Positions 39,265 to 48,138 of a DNA stretch of 49,887 bases are shown piece after piece (position 1 is the first letter of the stretch; each line of letters opens with the position of its first letter). Made by a program: the position numbers and the translations under genes. Source of the DNA: a bacterium (lineage in GTDB: Bacteria; Patescibacteriota; Minisyncoccia; UBA6257; JAGOQP01); NCBI GenBank assembly GCA_021844025.1, contig JAKBUF010000003.1, forward strand, positions 1 to 49,887. Reading direction: 5' to 3'. The notes under the pieces are model-generated. The model saw nothing but the letters and a program-made list of their open reading frames with translations, had not been told where the DNA came from and ran no database searches.

Positions 39265-40038
39265 ATGTCTCCTTTTGAATCTTTTGCTCAGTTTCGCGAA
39301 CAAGGCGGATACGATATTAATGGCACGTGGTATCCTCGGGTAACCAAAATTGTTGAAATAAAATCAAAACCGGCGCTCTATAAATTTTATGGTGAGTTAA
39401 AAAGTTTTGATGAGGGTGAGCGTATTAAACAACAGTCCGCGAGCGAAGGGACACTAATTCATGAAACAATTGAGGCGCTTTTAATGAAGCAATCCCCTGT
39501 TATTCCTCCTTCCATACGTCCGGCCGTTGAGGCCTTTGAACGTTTTATAGAAGATAAACACATCCAGGTTGATCCGGCGTTCGTTGAATATCGGTTGGTA
39601 AATCATAAAGAGCGCTATGCGGGTACTATGGACGCTATGGCGAGCATTAATGGAGTGTGGGGCGTGTTAGATATCAAAACTTCACAATCAGTGTATCGGG
39701 ATTATGGTCTGCAAACTTCCGCGTATATGGCGGCATTGGAACCAGATTTTCCTTTGCTTGCTACTCGTTGGATTCTTCGTATAGATCAACACCAAAAATG
39801 CGCAAAATGTGGTGCTTTGCTCCGTTCAAAAGGTGGGCGTGATAAGGTAAAACTCCCCTGGCAACGAGAACTAAAAGCGCACGCACTTTCGTGTCAGCAT
39901 GAGTGGGATGGGCTTGTGGGAGATATTGAGCTAAAAGAATTTCCTAATTGGCAGCATGACTATGAGGCGTTTTTGGGTGCTAAGAAGCTGTGGGAGTGGG
40001 AGCATGAAGATAAATTAAAACAGATCGGGTATCTATAA
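39265..40038 (+). CDS. PD-(D/E)XK nuclease superfamily protein
   Basis: YPRVTKIV, GTLIHETIE, VEYRL..YAGTMD..VLDIKTS..LQTSAY; ATG at 39265. Confidence 0.82.
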   Translation: MSPFESFAQFREQGGYDINGTWYPRVTKIVEIKSKPALYKFYGELKSFDEGERIKQQSASEGTLIHETIEALLMKQSPVIPPSIRPAVEAFERFIEDKHIQVDPAFVEYRLVNHKERYAGTMDAMASINGVWGVLDIKTSQSVYRDYGLQTSAYMAALEPDFPLLATRWILRIDQHQKCAKCGALLRSKGGRDKVKLPWQRELKAHALSCQHEWDGLVGDIELKEFPNWQHDYEAFLGAKKLWEWEHEDKLKQIGYL

Positions 40039-40085
40039 GGAGAGTTTCTAGTTCTCAGTTTTGAGTTCTAAATTAATCTTAAAAA

Positions 40086-40253
40086 TTATTCAGCGGCTCT
40101 TTGCTGGATGATTATGGGTGCCTGTTCGTAGTCTCGAGCAACTAGATATCCTGTCGCAAATGCAATTGCGAGAGCTAAAAATGCCAATATTCCTAGAATA
40201 ATACTGGTTTTATTTTTCTTAACCCTTTCTTTTATGTTTCTAATCAAATACAT
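40086..40253 (-). CDS. small single-TM protein (55 aa, not in ORF track)
   Basis: Manual translation MYLIRNIKERVKKNKTSIILGILAFLALAIAFATGYLVARDYEQAPIIIQQRAAE. Confidence 0.6.
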   Translation of the reverse strand: MYLIRNIKERVKKNKTSIILGILAFLALAIAFATGYLVARDYEQAPIIIQQRAAE

Positions 40254-40283
40254 TTGACAGTTAGCTATTTTTTATAGTATACT
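40254..40283 (+). promoter_or_regulatory. sigma70 promoter upstream of element copy 3/rpmA
   Basis: TTGACA-18 bp-TATACT. Confidence 0.65.
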
Positions 40284-40306
40284 CTTTTTTACTGGAGATT
40301 AAAGCA

Positions 40307-40439
40307 TATGCCCAGTAACTTTACTTCACACGCCGTAGGCGAAAATGAAGTATTGTAAAGTGGGCAAAAAAACAAAGCTATTACAATAACAAACAGATTG
40401 TAGGAGCTAATTACAAGTAAAGTAAAGTTACTGGGTATG
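40307..40439 (+). mobile_element. start-codon-associated MITE-like/structured element, copy 3 (rpmA)
   Basis: TATG-CCCAGTAACTTTACTT...AAGTAAAGTTACTGGG-TATG with perfect 16-bp TIRs; the right ATG is the rpmA start. Confidence 0.8.
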
Positions 40440-40715
40440 GCACATACGAAGCAGCTAGGGTCCACGAAAAACGGCCGGGATTCCCTAGCAAAACGATTAG
40501 GCATCAAAAGACAGCAAGATCAAACCGTAAAAGCGGGTGAAATTTTAGTACGTCAACGGGGAGCAAAATATTTGTGTGGTGACAACGTTCGCCGCGGAGC
40601 CGATGATACTCTCTATGCCGCAAAGCCGGGTAGGGTTGCTTTTAAATTAGTTAAAAAGGCACTGTTTAATGGAAAGGCTCGGTATGTCACTAAGGTTTCG
40701 GTGGTTGGCGTATAG
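40437..40715 (+). CDS. rpmA: 50S ribosomal protein L27
   Basis: [30 protein letters not shown]. Confidence 0.98.
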   Translation: MAHTKQLGSTKNGRDSLAKRLGIKRQQDQTVKAGEILVRQRGAKYLCGDNVRRGADDTLYAAKPGRVAFKLVKKALFNGKARYVTKVSVVGV

Positions 40716-40748
40716 CTCGTATTTTATAATTTTATTACTATTACATAT

Positions 40749-40779
40749 AAAAACTCGCATGTATTCCATGCGAGTTTTT
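40749..40779. terminator. bidirectional terminator between rpmA and rplI
   Basis: AAAAACTCGCATG-TATTC-CATGCGAGTTTTT. Confidence 0.85.
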
Positions 40780-40809
40780 AGTAAATGGATTTTTTCTAAT
40801 TACTACATA

Positions 40810-41277
40810 CTAGTCACCGGCTACTTTAATTTTTACCTGTGCTTTTATAGTTTCTTCTCCCCTACCCAATCGTGTAGTGATTAGGTGCTCTCCCAATTCT
40901 TTTATTGGTTTTATGTCTAGATGTACGTCTTCCATTCCCAGTAGACGGTCTCTGTTTTCTAAAAATTTTCCAATAACTTTTTGTATTTCTTCTTGGTGTA
41001 TTGAGGTAAACACTTCGTTGTTTTTTCCAGTTTTCACTTTAAAATCAAATGTTTGATTTTGTAATTCGGGAAGTAACGCGGCGATAACTTGTTTTCTTTT
41101 TTCTCTCTGTTCTGATTCCCTGTTCTTTTTTTGTTCCCAATTGCGAATGATCTCTGGTGTTGCTACTACCGCTAGTTTCTTTGGGAGCAATGCGTTCTTT
41201 GCGTATCCGCTGGAAACCTCAACCACCTCTCCTTGGTTGCCAACTTTTGGAACAAATTTAATAAGTAAAATTTTCAT
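40810..41277 (-). CDS. rplI: 50S ribosomal protein L9
   Basis: MKILLIK..GEVVEVSSGYAKNALLPKKLA..PIKELGEH; ATG at 41277. Confidence 0.95.
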   Translation of the reverse strand: MKILLIKFVPKVGNQGEVVEVSSGYAKNALLPKKLAVVATPEIIRNWEQKKNRESEQREKRKQVIAALLPELQNQTFDFKVKTGKNNEVFTSIHQEEIQKVIGKFLENRDRLLGMEDVHLDIKPIKELGEHLITTRLGRGEETIKAQVKIKVAGD

Positions 41278-41397
41278 ATTAGTTATCAAGTTCTAAAGTT
41301 ATAAAGTGAAAAACATAAATATCAATCCTCTTTTACCATTATGGGGCGTAATTACTATACCCATTAACGATATAGGCTGTGATACTTATACCGAATT

Positions 41398-42648
41398 CTA
41401 ATTATGTAATGCTTTTATAGCTGCTTGTAACCACACATCTTCTGTTGATGATGCGGTTGAGGTGCTTTCGGCTACCGAAATATCCGGAGTAATTCCATTT
41501 TTATCAATCATATTTCCATTGGGTGTGAGCCAGTGCGCAATAGTTACCTTAATCATTCCCTGCTCCAAAGGCAGTAATTCTTGCACGGTTCCCTTCCCAA
41601 AGCTTTTTTCTCCCACAATAACTGCTTTTTTATTATCTTGTAGGGCTCCCGCAAGAATTTCAGATGCGGATGCTGAACCTTTGTTAATAATTATTACTAT
41701 GGGTTTTGAAGAAAGCACTCCCGGACCCTCTGAGAAGAGTGACTGTGATTGACTTGGATCTTGAAATGCTTCGGTCACTACTTTTGTGCCGTTGGGTAGG
41801 AACCATCCGGCAATTGATTGGGCTCCATCTAAATATCCACCCGGATTGTTTCGTAAATCAAGAATTATAGATTTTGCTCCCAGAAGAATTGATTTTACTG
41901 CGGCCTGTTGGAACAGCTGCGGAGCTTTTTCATAAAAATTATATAATTTGATATATGCAATGGATCCATGCAAGTCTTCTTTCCCCTGATTGTTTATCAT
42001 TTTAAAATCAAGTGTGGGAATTTGAATAATGGCTCGCGTAATAGTTACTTTCTTTTCTCCTTCTTTCTCGTTATGGATAACCGTTAGGGTAACTTGTGTT
42101 CCTTCTCTTCCTCTAATGTGTTGCACTGCTTCCTCGGGAAGTAACCCTGCGGTATCTAAATCATCAATACGGGTGATTCTATCTCCTGCTTGTAAACCGG
42201 CTCGTTCTGCGGGGGTGTCTTTTAATGGGGCAATAATAACCAATTGATTTTGTTTATTTAAACCAATTTCTGCTCCAATGCCTCCAAATTGTCCTGAAAT
42301 TTCATCACTAAAACTTTTTGCCTCTTTAGGAGGAAAGAATACCGTGTAAGGGTCATTTAATGAATCTACTAATCCGTTAATAGCTCCGAATAATAGTTTT
42401 TGATTATCACCCACCGTGTCTTTAGAAACATATTTTGATTTTAATATGTTCCATACGTTCCAAAATTCTTGAAAGCTAATAGAACTATCGTTTTTTTGTG
42501 GGTCAGTTACTCCTTGTATAGTAATGTTTTTTGTAACTTCACTTCCCCGAGAAAATCCAAGGTAGTATCCATATCCGAGTGCTGCCGCGATAAGTACACA
42601 TACACTAACTACTACTAAAATCCGTTTGCCATGTATTGGTTTTTTCAT
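41398..42648 (-). CDS. S41 family C-terminal processing protease (CtpA-like)
   Basis: DPYT, PDZ GGIGA, ILDLRNNPGG, SASASEI, GEKSFGKGTVQ, GITPD. Confidence 0.95.
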   Translation of the reverse strand: MKKPIHGKRILVVVSVCVLIAAALGYGYYLGFSRGSEVTKNITIQGVTDPQKNDSSISFQEFWNVWNILKSKYVSKDTVGDNQKLLFGAINGLVDSLNDPYTVFFPPKEAKSFSDEISGQFGGIGAEIGLNKQNQLVIIAPLKDTPAERAGLQAGDRITRIDDLDTAGLLPEEAVQHIRGREGTQVTLTVIHNEKEGEKKVTITRAIIQIPTLDFKMINNQGKEDLHGSIAYIKLYNFYEKAPQLFQQAAVKSILLGAKSIILDLRNNPGGYLDGAQSIAGWFLPNGTKVVTEAFQDPSQSQSLFSEGPGVLSSKPIVIIINKGSASASEILAGALQDNKKAVIVGEKSFGKGTVQELLPLEQGMIKVTIAHWLTPNGNMIDKNGITPDISVAESTSTASSTEDVWLQAAIKALHN

Positions 42649-42776
42649 ATTATGCCGTTTTTATGTCTGTTATGACTACTATATCATGTTACGCAATAAT
42701 TGCCAAAAATGCGCATGGTGTGCAAAATATACCCTGTTGTCATTCGTGCCGCGGTGAGGTAATATATAAAACACGT

Positions 42777-43034
42777 ATGATTGGTCCAGATTATCTTGAT
42801 TCATTAAAAGATCGGGCATCAAAAAGTCACGTGTATCGTAAATACCAGCTTATTGGACTTTCTTTGGCTGAATTATTGGAAGATGATGCTCACAAAGCGC
42901 TGTATATTAAGCTTGCAAAGACCATTCATAATGATGTGTTGTTAGAAATTGCTAAAGATGTTTCTCAACGAGATAATATAAAAAACAAAGGAGCGTATTT
43001 TATGCGCCTGCTACAAGAAAAGAAATTATTATGA
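42777..43034 (+). CDS. hypothetical protein
   Basis: MIGPDYL..YQLIGL..HKALYIKLAK..NKGAYFM; stop overlaps the def start. Confidence 0.7.
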   Translation: MIGPDYLDSLKDRASKSHVYRKYQLIGLSLAELLEDDAHKALYIKLAKTIHNDVLLEIAKDVSQRDNIKNKGAYFMRLLQEKKLL

Positions 43035-43555
43035 GTTTGTTAAATCCTCAAAATTCGGTTATTTGGACCGTTACGAATCCTACCCATGAAAAGTTTTTAC
43101 GCACACCGGTTGCGGATTTTAACGTTACCTCGGTTCCTCGTAAAGAGCTTGAACACGTTATTACTCATATGCGAAAACTCATGATTGCTGAAAAAGGTGT
43201 GGGGCTTTCGGCAAATCAGATTGGGCTTTCGGTGCGTCTTTTTATTTGCCAACTTCCCACTGCACAAGGGACCGGATACCAAGGAAAGTTTTATGCAATT
43301 TTTAATCCTCGTTTAGTTCGAACGTCTGAAAAAAAAGTGTGTGATGAAGAGGGTTGTTTGAGTATACCCGGATGGTATGGATCGGTTGATCGTTTTTATA
43401 GTATTACGTTGTCGGGAGTAGACAAGCAGAATCGTCCCCTCTCTATTTCGGCGCGTGGGCTTTTGGCGCGCATTATGCAACATGAACTTGATCACTTAAA
43501 TGGTGTTCTTTTTACTGACCATGCAAGCAATGTGCAACGCATTGCTGAACTATGA
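43031..43555 (+). CDS. def: peptide deformylase
   Basis: GVGLSANQIG, EGCLSIP, QHELDHLNG. Confidence 0.97.
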   Translation: MSLLNPQNSVIWTVTNPTHEKFLRTPVADFNVTSVPRKELEHVITHMRKLMIAEKGVGLSANQIGLSVRLFICQLPTAQGTGYQGKFYAIFNPRLVRTSEKKVCDEEGCLSIPGWYGSVDRFYSITLSGVDKQNRPLSISARGLLARIMQHELDHLNGVLFTDHASNVQRIAEL

Positions 43556-44391
43556 ACTCTTTTAATCATCCATTTATTTTTTTTGGGAGTCCTACGTTTG
43601 CAGAAGTATTGCTGGCCGATTTGTTGCAGTCAGGCTTTGTGCCACGTGCAGTTGTGTGTAGTGCCGATAAGCCCTTTGGTAGAAAACAAATTATGACTCC
43701 CCCGCCCGTTAAGGAACTTGCCCTTGCCCACCACATACCGGTCATACAACCATCACAAAAGCCGCAACGGCAAGATTTTTCTGACTACTCCGATGTGTTA
43801 TTTGGTCTAGTGGCGGCATATGCTTATATTATTCCCCAAGAAGTTATTTCTTTATTTCCTAAGGGATTGGTGGGTGTGCATCCTTCATTGCTCCCTTTTC
43901 ATCGGGGAGCTTCTCCTATTCAAACCGCATTACTACACCAAGATCCTATAACCGGTGTTTCTTTATATTGTATTGATGATCAAATGGATCATGGCCCCGT
44001 TATTTCGCAACAGGAGGTTATTATTTCTGCGCAAGATACTTATACTACGTTGGAAGAAAAGCTTGCGCACGTAGGAGCTAAGCTTGTTGCCGATACTATT
44101 CCCCAATGGGCGTCGGAATCTTTAGTCGCGCATGAGCAAGATCATGCGCATGCTACCTATACACAAAAATTTATTACCGAAGACGGACGAGTTGATTTAA
44201 ATTTAGATCTGCCCCAAACCATTGCGCGTAAAATAAAAGCGCTCGCACATGATCCTGGGGTGTTTACGTATATAGATGGTAAACGAATTAAACTACTTGA
44301 AATTACAGAAGGTCCCACTGAATACGTTATTACCAAAATTATTCCCGAAGGAAAAAATGAGCAATTAGCTCATATTGTGTTAAAGAAGTAA
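43552..44391 (+). CDS. fmt: methionyl-tRNA formyltransferase
   Basis: FFGSPTFA, HPSLLP.HRGASPIQ, MDHGP; follows def. Confidence 0.95.
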   Translation: MNSFNHPFIFFGSPTFAEVLLADLLQSGFVPRAVVCSADKPFGRKQIMTPPPVKELALAHHIPVIQPSQKPQRQDFSDYSDVLFGLVAAYAYIIPQEVISLFPKGLVGVHPSLLPFHRGASPIQTALLHQDPITGVSLYCIDDQMDHGPVISQQEVIISAQDTYTTLEEKLAHVGAKLVADTIPQWASESLVAHEQDHAHATYTQKFITEDGRVDLNLDLPQTIARKIKALAHDPGVFTYIDGKRIKLLEITEGPTEYVITKIIPEGKNEQLAHIVLKK

Positions 44392-44424
44392 GGTTCTCTG
44401 GTGCGTGAATAAAAAAAGAGGCTG

Positions 44425-44898
44425 CTATACAGCAGCAGCCTTTGCAAACTTTCTCTCATCCAGTCCGAACTCTTGGGAGATGAGTCTCTTGTCTTCATCG
44501 GATGAGGTTAGAAAGAATATGTCAGATGGGAAATACCATCCAACTGGTTCTTGTTTATCTAACCCGAAGATGATGGCATCAGAGGTGTCTACCCGCACGA
44601 TAATCTTTTTGTATGTTTTGAGGTCTGCGCGATAAGAATCTTTAATATTAAGAACCTCATCAACCACAGACTTCTTCAACGAGATGTTATGACGGTCCAG
44701 TATTCTTTCTATAGTTTCTTTATAGGAGAATTCCAAACCATCAACAGATCCCCCAAACTCTTTCAGTAAAGTATATCTTCCCGTATTTGTCTGTTTTAAA
44801 GCGATCTTTCCATCATTTACCAACAGAAGAATGACTAGCCAAGGAAAAATTTTTCCTTGGGTTTCGGTCGAGATGGACTCCACTCCTCGGTCTCTCAT
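44425..44898 (-). CDS. hypothetical protein (possibly a degenerate Nudix fold)
   Basis: 157-aa ORF; ILLLVNDGKIAL..FGGSVD..ETIERIL only loosely resembles Nudix; own promoter and SD. Confidence 0.55.
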   Translation of the reverse strand: MRDRGVESISTETQGKIFPWLVILLLVNDGKIALKQTNTGRYTLLKEFGGSVDGLEFSYKETIERILDRHNISLKKSVVDEVLNIKDSYRADLKTYKKIIVRVDTSDAIIFGLDKQEPVGWYFPSDIFFLTSSDEDKRLISQEFGLDERKFAKAAAV

Positions 44899-44979
44899 CG
44901 TGTTTTCCTTTCTTTTATTTTTTCATTTCAGTTAATTTGTACTGTTTCTATATTACCATATAGATAATACAATGTCAAA

Positions 44980-45654
44980 TTACTGTGTAGATGGCCATGT
45001 TTGTGCGGCTGGAGGATAAATTTTAGAAAGTGGATGGTTAGCACAGTTGTGCTTTCGTGCCGGGCATATATTTCTGCCATATTCAATCATTTGGTAGCTT
45101 GCCCGTAACCACTTTGATTTAGGAATCAAACGCATAAGATCTTGTTCTATTTTATTTGGATCGCGGTGTTTGGTGAGCCCAAACTTGAGCGCGAATCGGC
45201 GTACGTGGGTATCTACCGCAATCCCCTCAATAACCCCAAACGCGTTTCCTAGTACAATATTTGCGGTTTTGCGTGCTACCCCCGGCAATAAAGTAAGTTC
45301 TTTCATAGTAGAAGGAACCTTTCCTTTATATTGGGTAAGAATAATGTGTGCCGATTCTTGAATATGTTTTGCTTTAGCACGATAAAACCCAGTTTGATAT
45401 ATGTCGCGTTCCAATTCTTTTCGCGGCGCGTTCGCGTAATCTGCTATGGTTTTATATTTTTTAAAAAGAGTTTTGGTTACCTCATTTACCTTTTTATCAG
45501 TGCACTGAGCCGAAAGCATGACCGCTACCAATAATTCCCATGGGTTTTTATGAGTAAGCATAATCCGGGCATGAGGAAACAAGCTATTTAATTTTCGTAA
45601 TAATTTTTGAGCCCGTTGTTTTAGGATTTTTTCTGATGTGTTTTTCGGTTTCAT
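44980..45654 (-). CDS. nth: endonuclease III
   Basis: LVAVMLSAQCTD, HhH LPGVARKTAN, AVDTHV. Confidence 0.95.
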   Translation of the reverse strand: MKPKNTSEKILKQRAQKLLRKLNSLFPHARIMLTHKNPWELLVAVMLSAQCTDKKVNEVTKTLFKKYKTIADYANAPRKELERDIYQTGFYRAKAKHIQESAHIILTQYKGKVPSTMKELTLLPGVARKTANIVLGNAFGVIEGIAVDTHVRRFALKFGLTKHRDPNKIEQDLMRLIPKSKWLRASYQMIEYGRNICPARKHNCANHPLSKIYPPAAQTWPSTQ

Positions 45655-45662
45655 GCTACCTA

Positions 45663-46376
45663 TTATTTAAATTCAGATTTTTGTTTTAGATATTTCACTC
45701 TCATTTGTTGAGGTAATTTTTCAATTGCGTACCGAAGCATGGTTCGTGGCATGGTGTGCGCGTGTTTGTTTAAGAACCGCAGCTCAGTTGGCAAATCTTT
45801 TTTACCGACTTCTCGCAGCATCCATCCGACCGCTTTATGAATTAAATCGTGAGAATCATGCAATAGTATTTTTGCTATTTGTAACGTGTCGGTATACCGC
45901 TTATTTTTAATAAACATATACGTGCTTAAAATGGCAATTCGTTTTTTCCACACGTCATTTGATCGCGCGAAGGTGTATAAAATTTCTCTCTTTTTGTTAA
46001 ACAGGTAATCTCCTACAATATGTGGCGCAGTTAGATCAATCAGGTCCCAATTATTAATATGCTTGGTGTGGGTGGTATAGAGTTTAAATATCTTTTCTTT
46101 TTGTGTTGTGCTTCCTATTTTATATTGGTGCACCAAAATCAAAAGCGCACTAAGACGCACCTCATGTACTGGACTTTTTAATGCCTGAGCAATTTCTTTT
46201 AGAGACAAATCAAGATGCTTAATACTGGTTGCTCGTTGTTGAGGAACCATAATTCCCCAAAACACATCCCCCTCTCCATATTCTCCCTTGCCGGTTTTAA
46301 AAAATCTCTGCAATATTTTTGCTCTTTGTTGATTTTTCTGCTTTTGTAAATCGGTGAGCAGGTGAGAAAGCGCCAT
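45663..46376 (-). CDS. DNA alkylation repair protein (AlkD-like)
   Basis: FFKTGKGEYGEGD, INNWDLID, DLIHKAVGWMLREVGK, MPRTMLRYAIE. Confidence 0.9.
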   Translation of the reverse strand: MALSHLLTDLQKQKNQQRAKILQRFFKTGKGEYGEGDVFWGIMVPQQRATSIKHLDLSLKEIAQALKSPVHEVRLSALLILVHQYKIGSTTQKEKIFKLYTTHTKHINNWDLIDLTAPHIVGDYLFNKKREILYTFARSNDVWKKRIAILSTYMFIKNKRYTDTLQIAKILLHDSHDLIHKAVGWMLREVGKKDLPTELRFLNKHAHTMPRTMLRYAIEKLPQQMRVKYLKQKSEFK

Positions 46377-46378
46377 AC

Positions 46379-46924
46379 CTAGGAAAGTTTTTTATGGGGC
46401 GGAAACCACGTTTGAGAAAGCTCCATGAGTATATAAGCGCTTAGGGTTCCTACCACTATTCCTCCTAAAATATCAGAGGGGTAATGAACTCCCGCCATTA
46501 CTCGTGCAATTCCAATTGCAAATCCGGATATATATAAAAAATATGCTGTTTTCTCATGGTAATACCACGCAATGGTAGCAATCGCAAATGCAAATGTGGT
46601 ATGCCCCGAAGGAAATGCATATGCGTTTACCGCAAATAAATGTGGTGCTTGTAATACAATGTAGGGGCGTAATCTTTGGTCAAATAAGTAAATAATCGGC
46701 ATGATCGCAAAGCGGGCAATTAATGTAATTAGTCCGGCGCGTACGAGTACATACCACCGTTCTTGCTGTCCTTTGTGTAACTTATAAATGGCAATCACAA
46801 AAATGATCCCTACAATAAATACATAGTATTGGGCAAAAAATAAAATGAGTTTATCTCCCCACCACGACTGATGTAGCAGTCCGTTGAGCCAATGAAATAA
46901 ACTAATATCAAATGATTCAATCAT
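46379..46924 (-). CDS. PAP2 family phosphatase (BcrC-like undecaprenyl-diphosphatase)
   Basis: RLRP, FPSGH, ARVMAGVHYPSD. Confidence 0.9.
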   Translation of the reverse strand: MIESFDISLFHWLNGLLHQSWWGDKLILFFAQYYVFIVGIIFVIAIYKLHKGQQERWYVLVRAGLITLIARFAIMPIIYLFDQRLRPYIVLQAPHLFAVNAYAFPSGHTTFAFAIATIAWYYHEKTAYFLYISGFAIGIARVMAGVHYPSDILGGIVVGTLSAYILMELSQTWFPPHKKLS

Positions 46925-46980
46925 GTGGGTATCTTACCATACGATTTGCGTGTTTGCTAGAATATTCATATACTTTTTGC

Positions 46981-48099
46981 ATGCATACCACCGGATTTCT
47001 TGCTACCCAGAATATATTATTTTTGATCGTTTTTGGCGCTATTGTTTTCTTTTCTCTTAAAAAACATTCCTCGGCTCATTCTACCGAGTTACTTTCATAC
47101 ACCGACTCAACGGAATTAAAAGGTCTTGCGTTTTGTATGGTGTTGTTTGCTCATATTGGATATTTCTTATTTCCTCATTGGGGTTGGGGTGATCAATTTG
47201 TGTATCCCCTTTCTATTTTGGGAGGTGTAGCGGTTAATTTGTTTTTGTTTTTATCTGGGTATGGACTTGCGCAAAGCGCTCGCACAGAAACCCCGTGGCA
47301 GTTTTATAAACGAAGATTTTTCAAGTTATATACTCCCCTATGGTTAAGTTCTCTTTTTATTGTTGCCCTTGATATCATTGGTAAAAAACCAATTTCGTTT
47401 TTACACGCGCTCCCAGGTTTTACTGGAATAATTACTCATGCCGATTTATACACCGACTTTAATTCTCCTTTGTGGTTCTTAACTCTTCTCTTTTTGTTTT
47501 ATTTGGTCTTTCCGTGGTTATTTAAAAAGGAACACGCCGTTCGTTCTACTGTTCTATTATTTATATTTGGTTTGGTAGTTCCGGGGTGGCTTGTTTTATA
47601 TGCGCCATTTGATGGAGGGGTCATACACCTATGGCTATTACATGCGCTAGCGTTTCCTTTGGGGGTTTTGGTGGCATTACTAGCAAAACTGCTACACAGG
47701 GGTCTGAATTTTATTCTGCACTCTTATTGGGTTCGTATTCCTCTTTTTATTATTACTTTGGCAGTATTTATGTACTTTGCGGTATATTCAGGTGTTAATA
47801 CTCCCTCAGAAGAGCTAATTAGTATTATTACTTTGTTTCTATTTTTATTTCTGTTTTTACTTGCTCCATTTCGATCGCTTTTATTCCGTTGGCTGGGAAT
47901 ATATTCGTATGAAATGTATTTAATCCATTGGCCACTACTCTTTAGGCACGATATTTTATTCTTTACTCTTCCGGCGTGGTTTGCGGTCATTGCCTATATA
48001 GCAATTTTATTTGGCATTAGTTTTGTCATGGCGTGGGTTTCTAAAAATATTTTTCATTTGCGATCAAATATTTCATCCGCTGAATTAGGGTCGCACTAG
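46981..48099 (+). CDS. acyltransferase family 3 (OafA-like) membrane protein
   Basis: LKGLAFCMVLFAH, AVNLFLFLSGYGL, FYKRRF, LWFL, GIYSYEMYLIH. Confidence 0.88.
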   Translation: MHTTGFLATQNILFLIVFGAIVFFSLKKHSSAHSTELLSYTDSTELKGLAFCMVLFAHIGYFLFPHWGWGDQFVYPLSILGGVAVNLFLFLSGYGLAQSARTETPWQFYKRRFFKLYTPLWLSSLFIVALDIIGKKPISFLHALPGFTGIITHADLYTDFNSPLWFLTLLFLFYLVFPWLFKKEHAVRSTVLLFIFGLVVPGWLVLYAPFDGGVIHLWLLHALAFPLGVLVALLAKLLHRGLNFILHSYWVRIPLFIITLAVFMYFAVYSGVNTPSEELISIITLFLFLFLFLLAPFRSLLFRWLGIYSYEMYLIHWPLLFRHDILFFTLPAWFAVIAYIAILFGISFVMAWVSKNIFHLRSNISSAELGSH

Positions 48100-48138
48100 G
48101 TTAAAGCTAAAAAAAGAGACGCCTGAGCGTCTCAAACT

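Noticed and set aside
39265-40038. Nuclease as Cas4 of a CRISPR system
   Set aside because: No cas genes or array in the window, and the Cys arrangement does not match the Cas4 split four-Cys Fe-S motif
24941-40439. Three repeated elements read as a CRISPR array, tRNA or T-box
   Set aside because: The copies are dispersed kilobases apart with no repeat-spacer periodicity, no cloverleaf and no T-box GGTGGNACC motif; two of the three downstream genes are not synthetases
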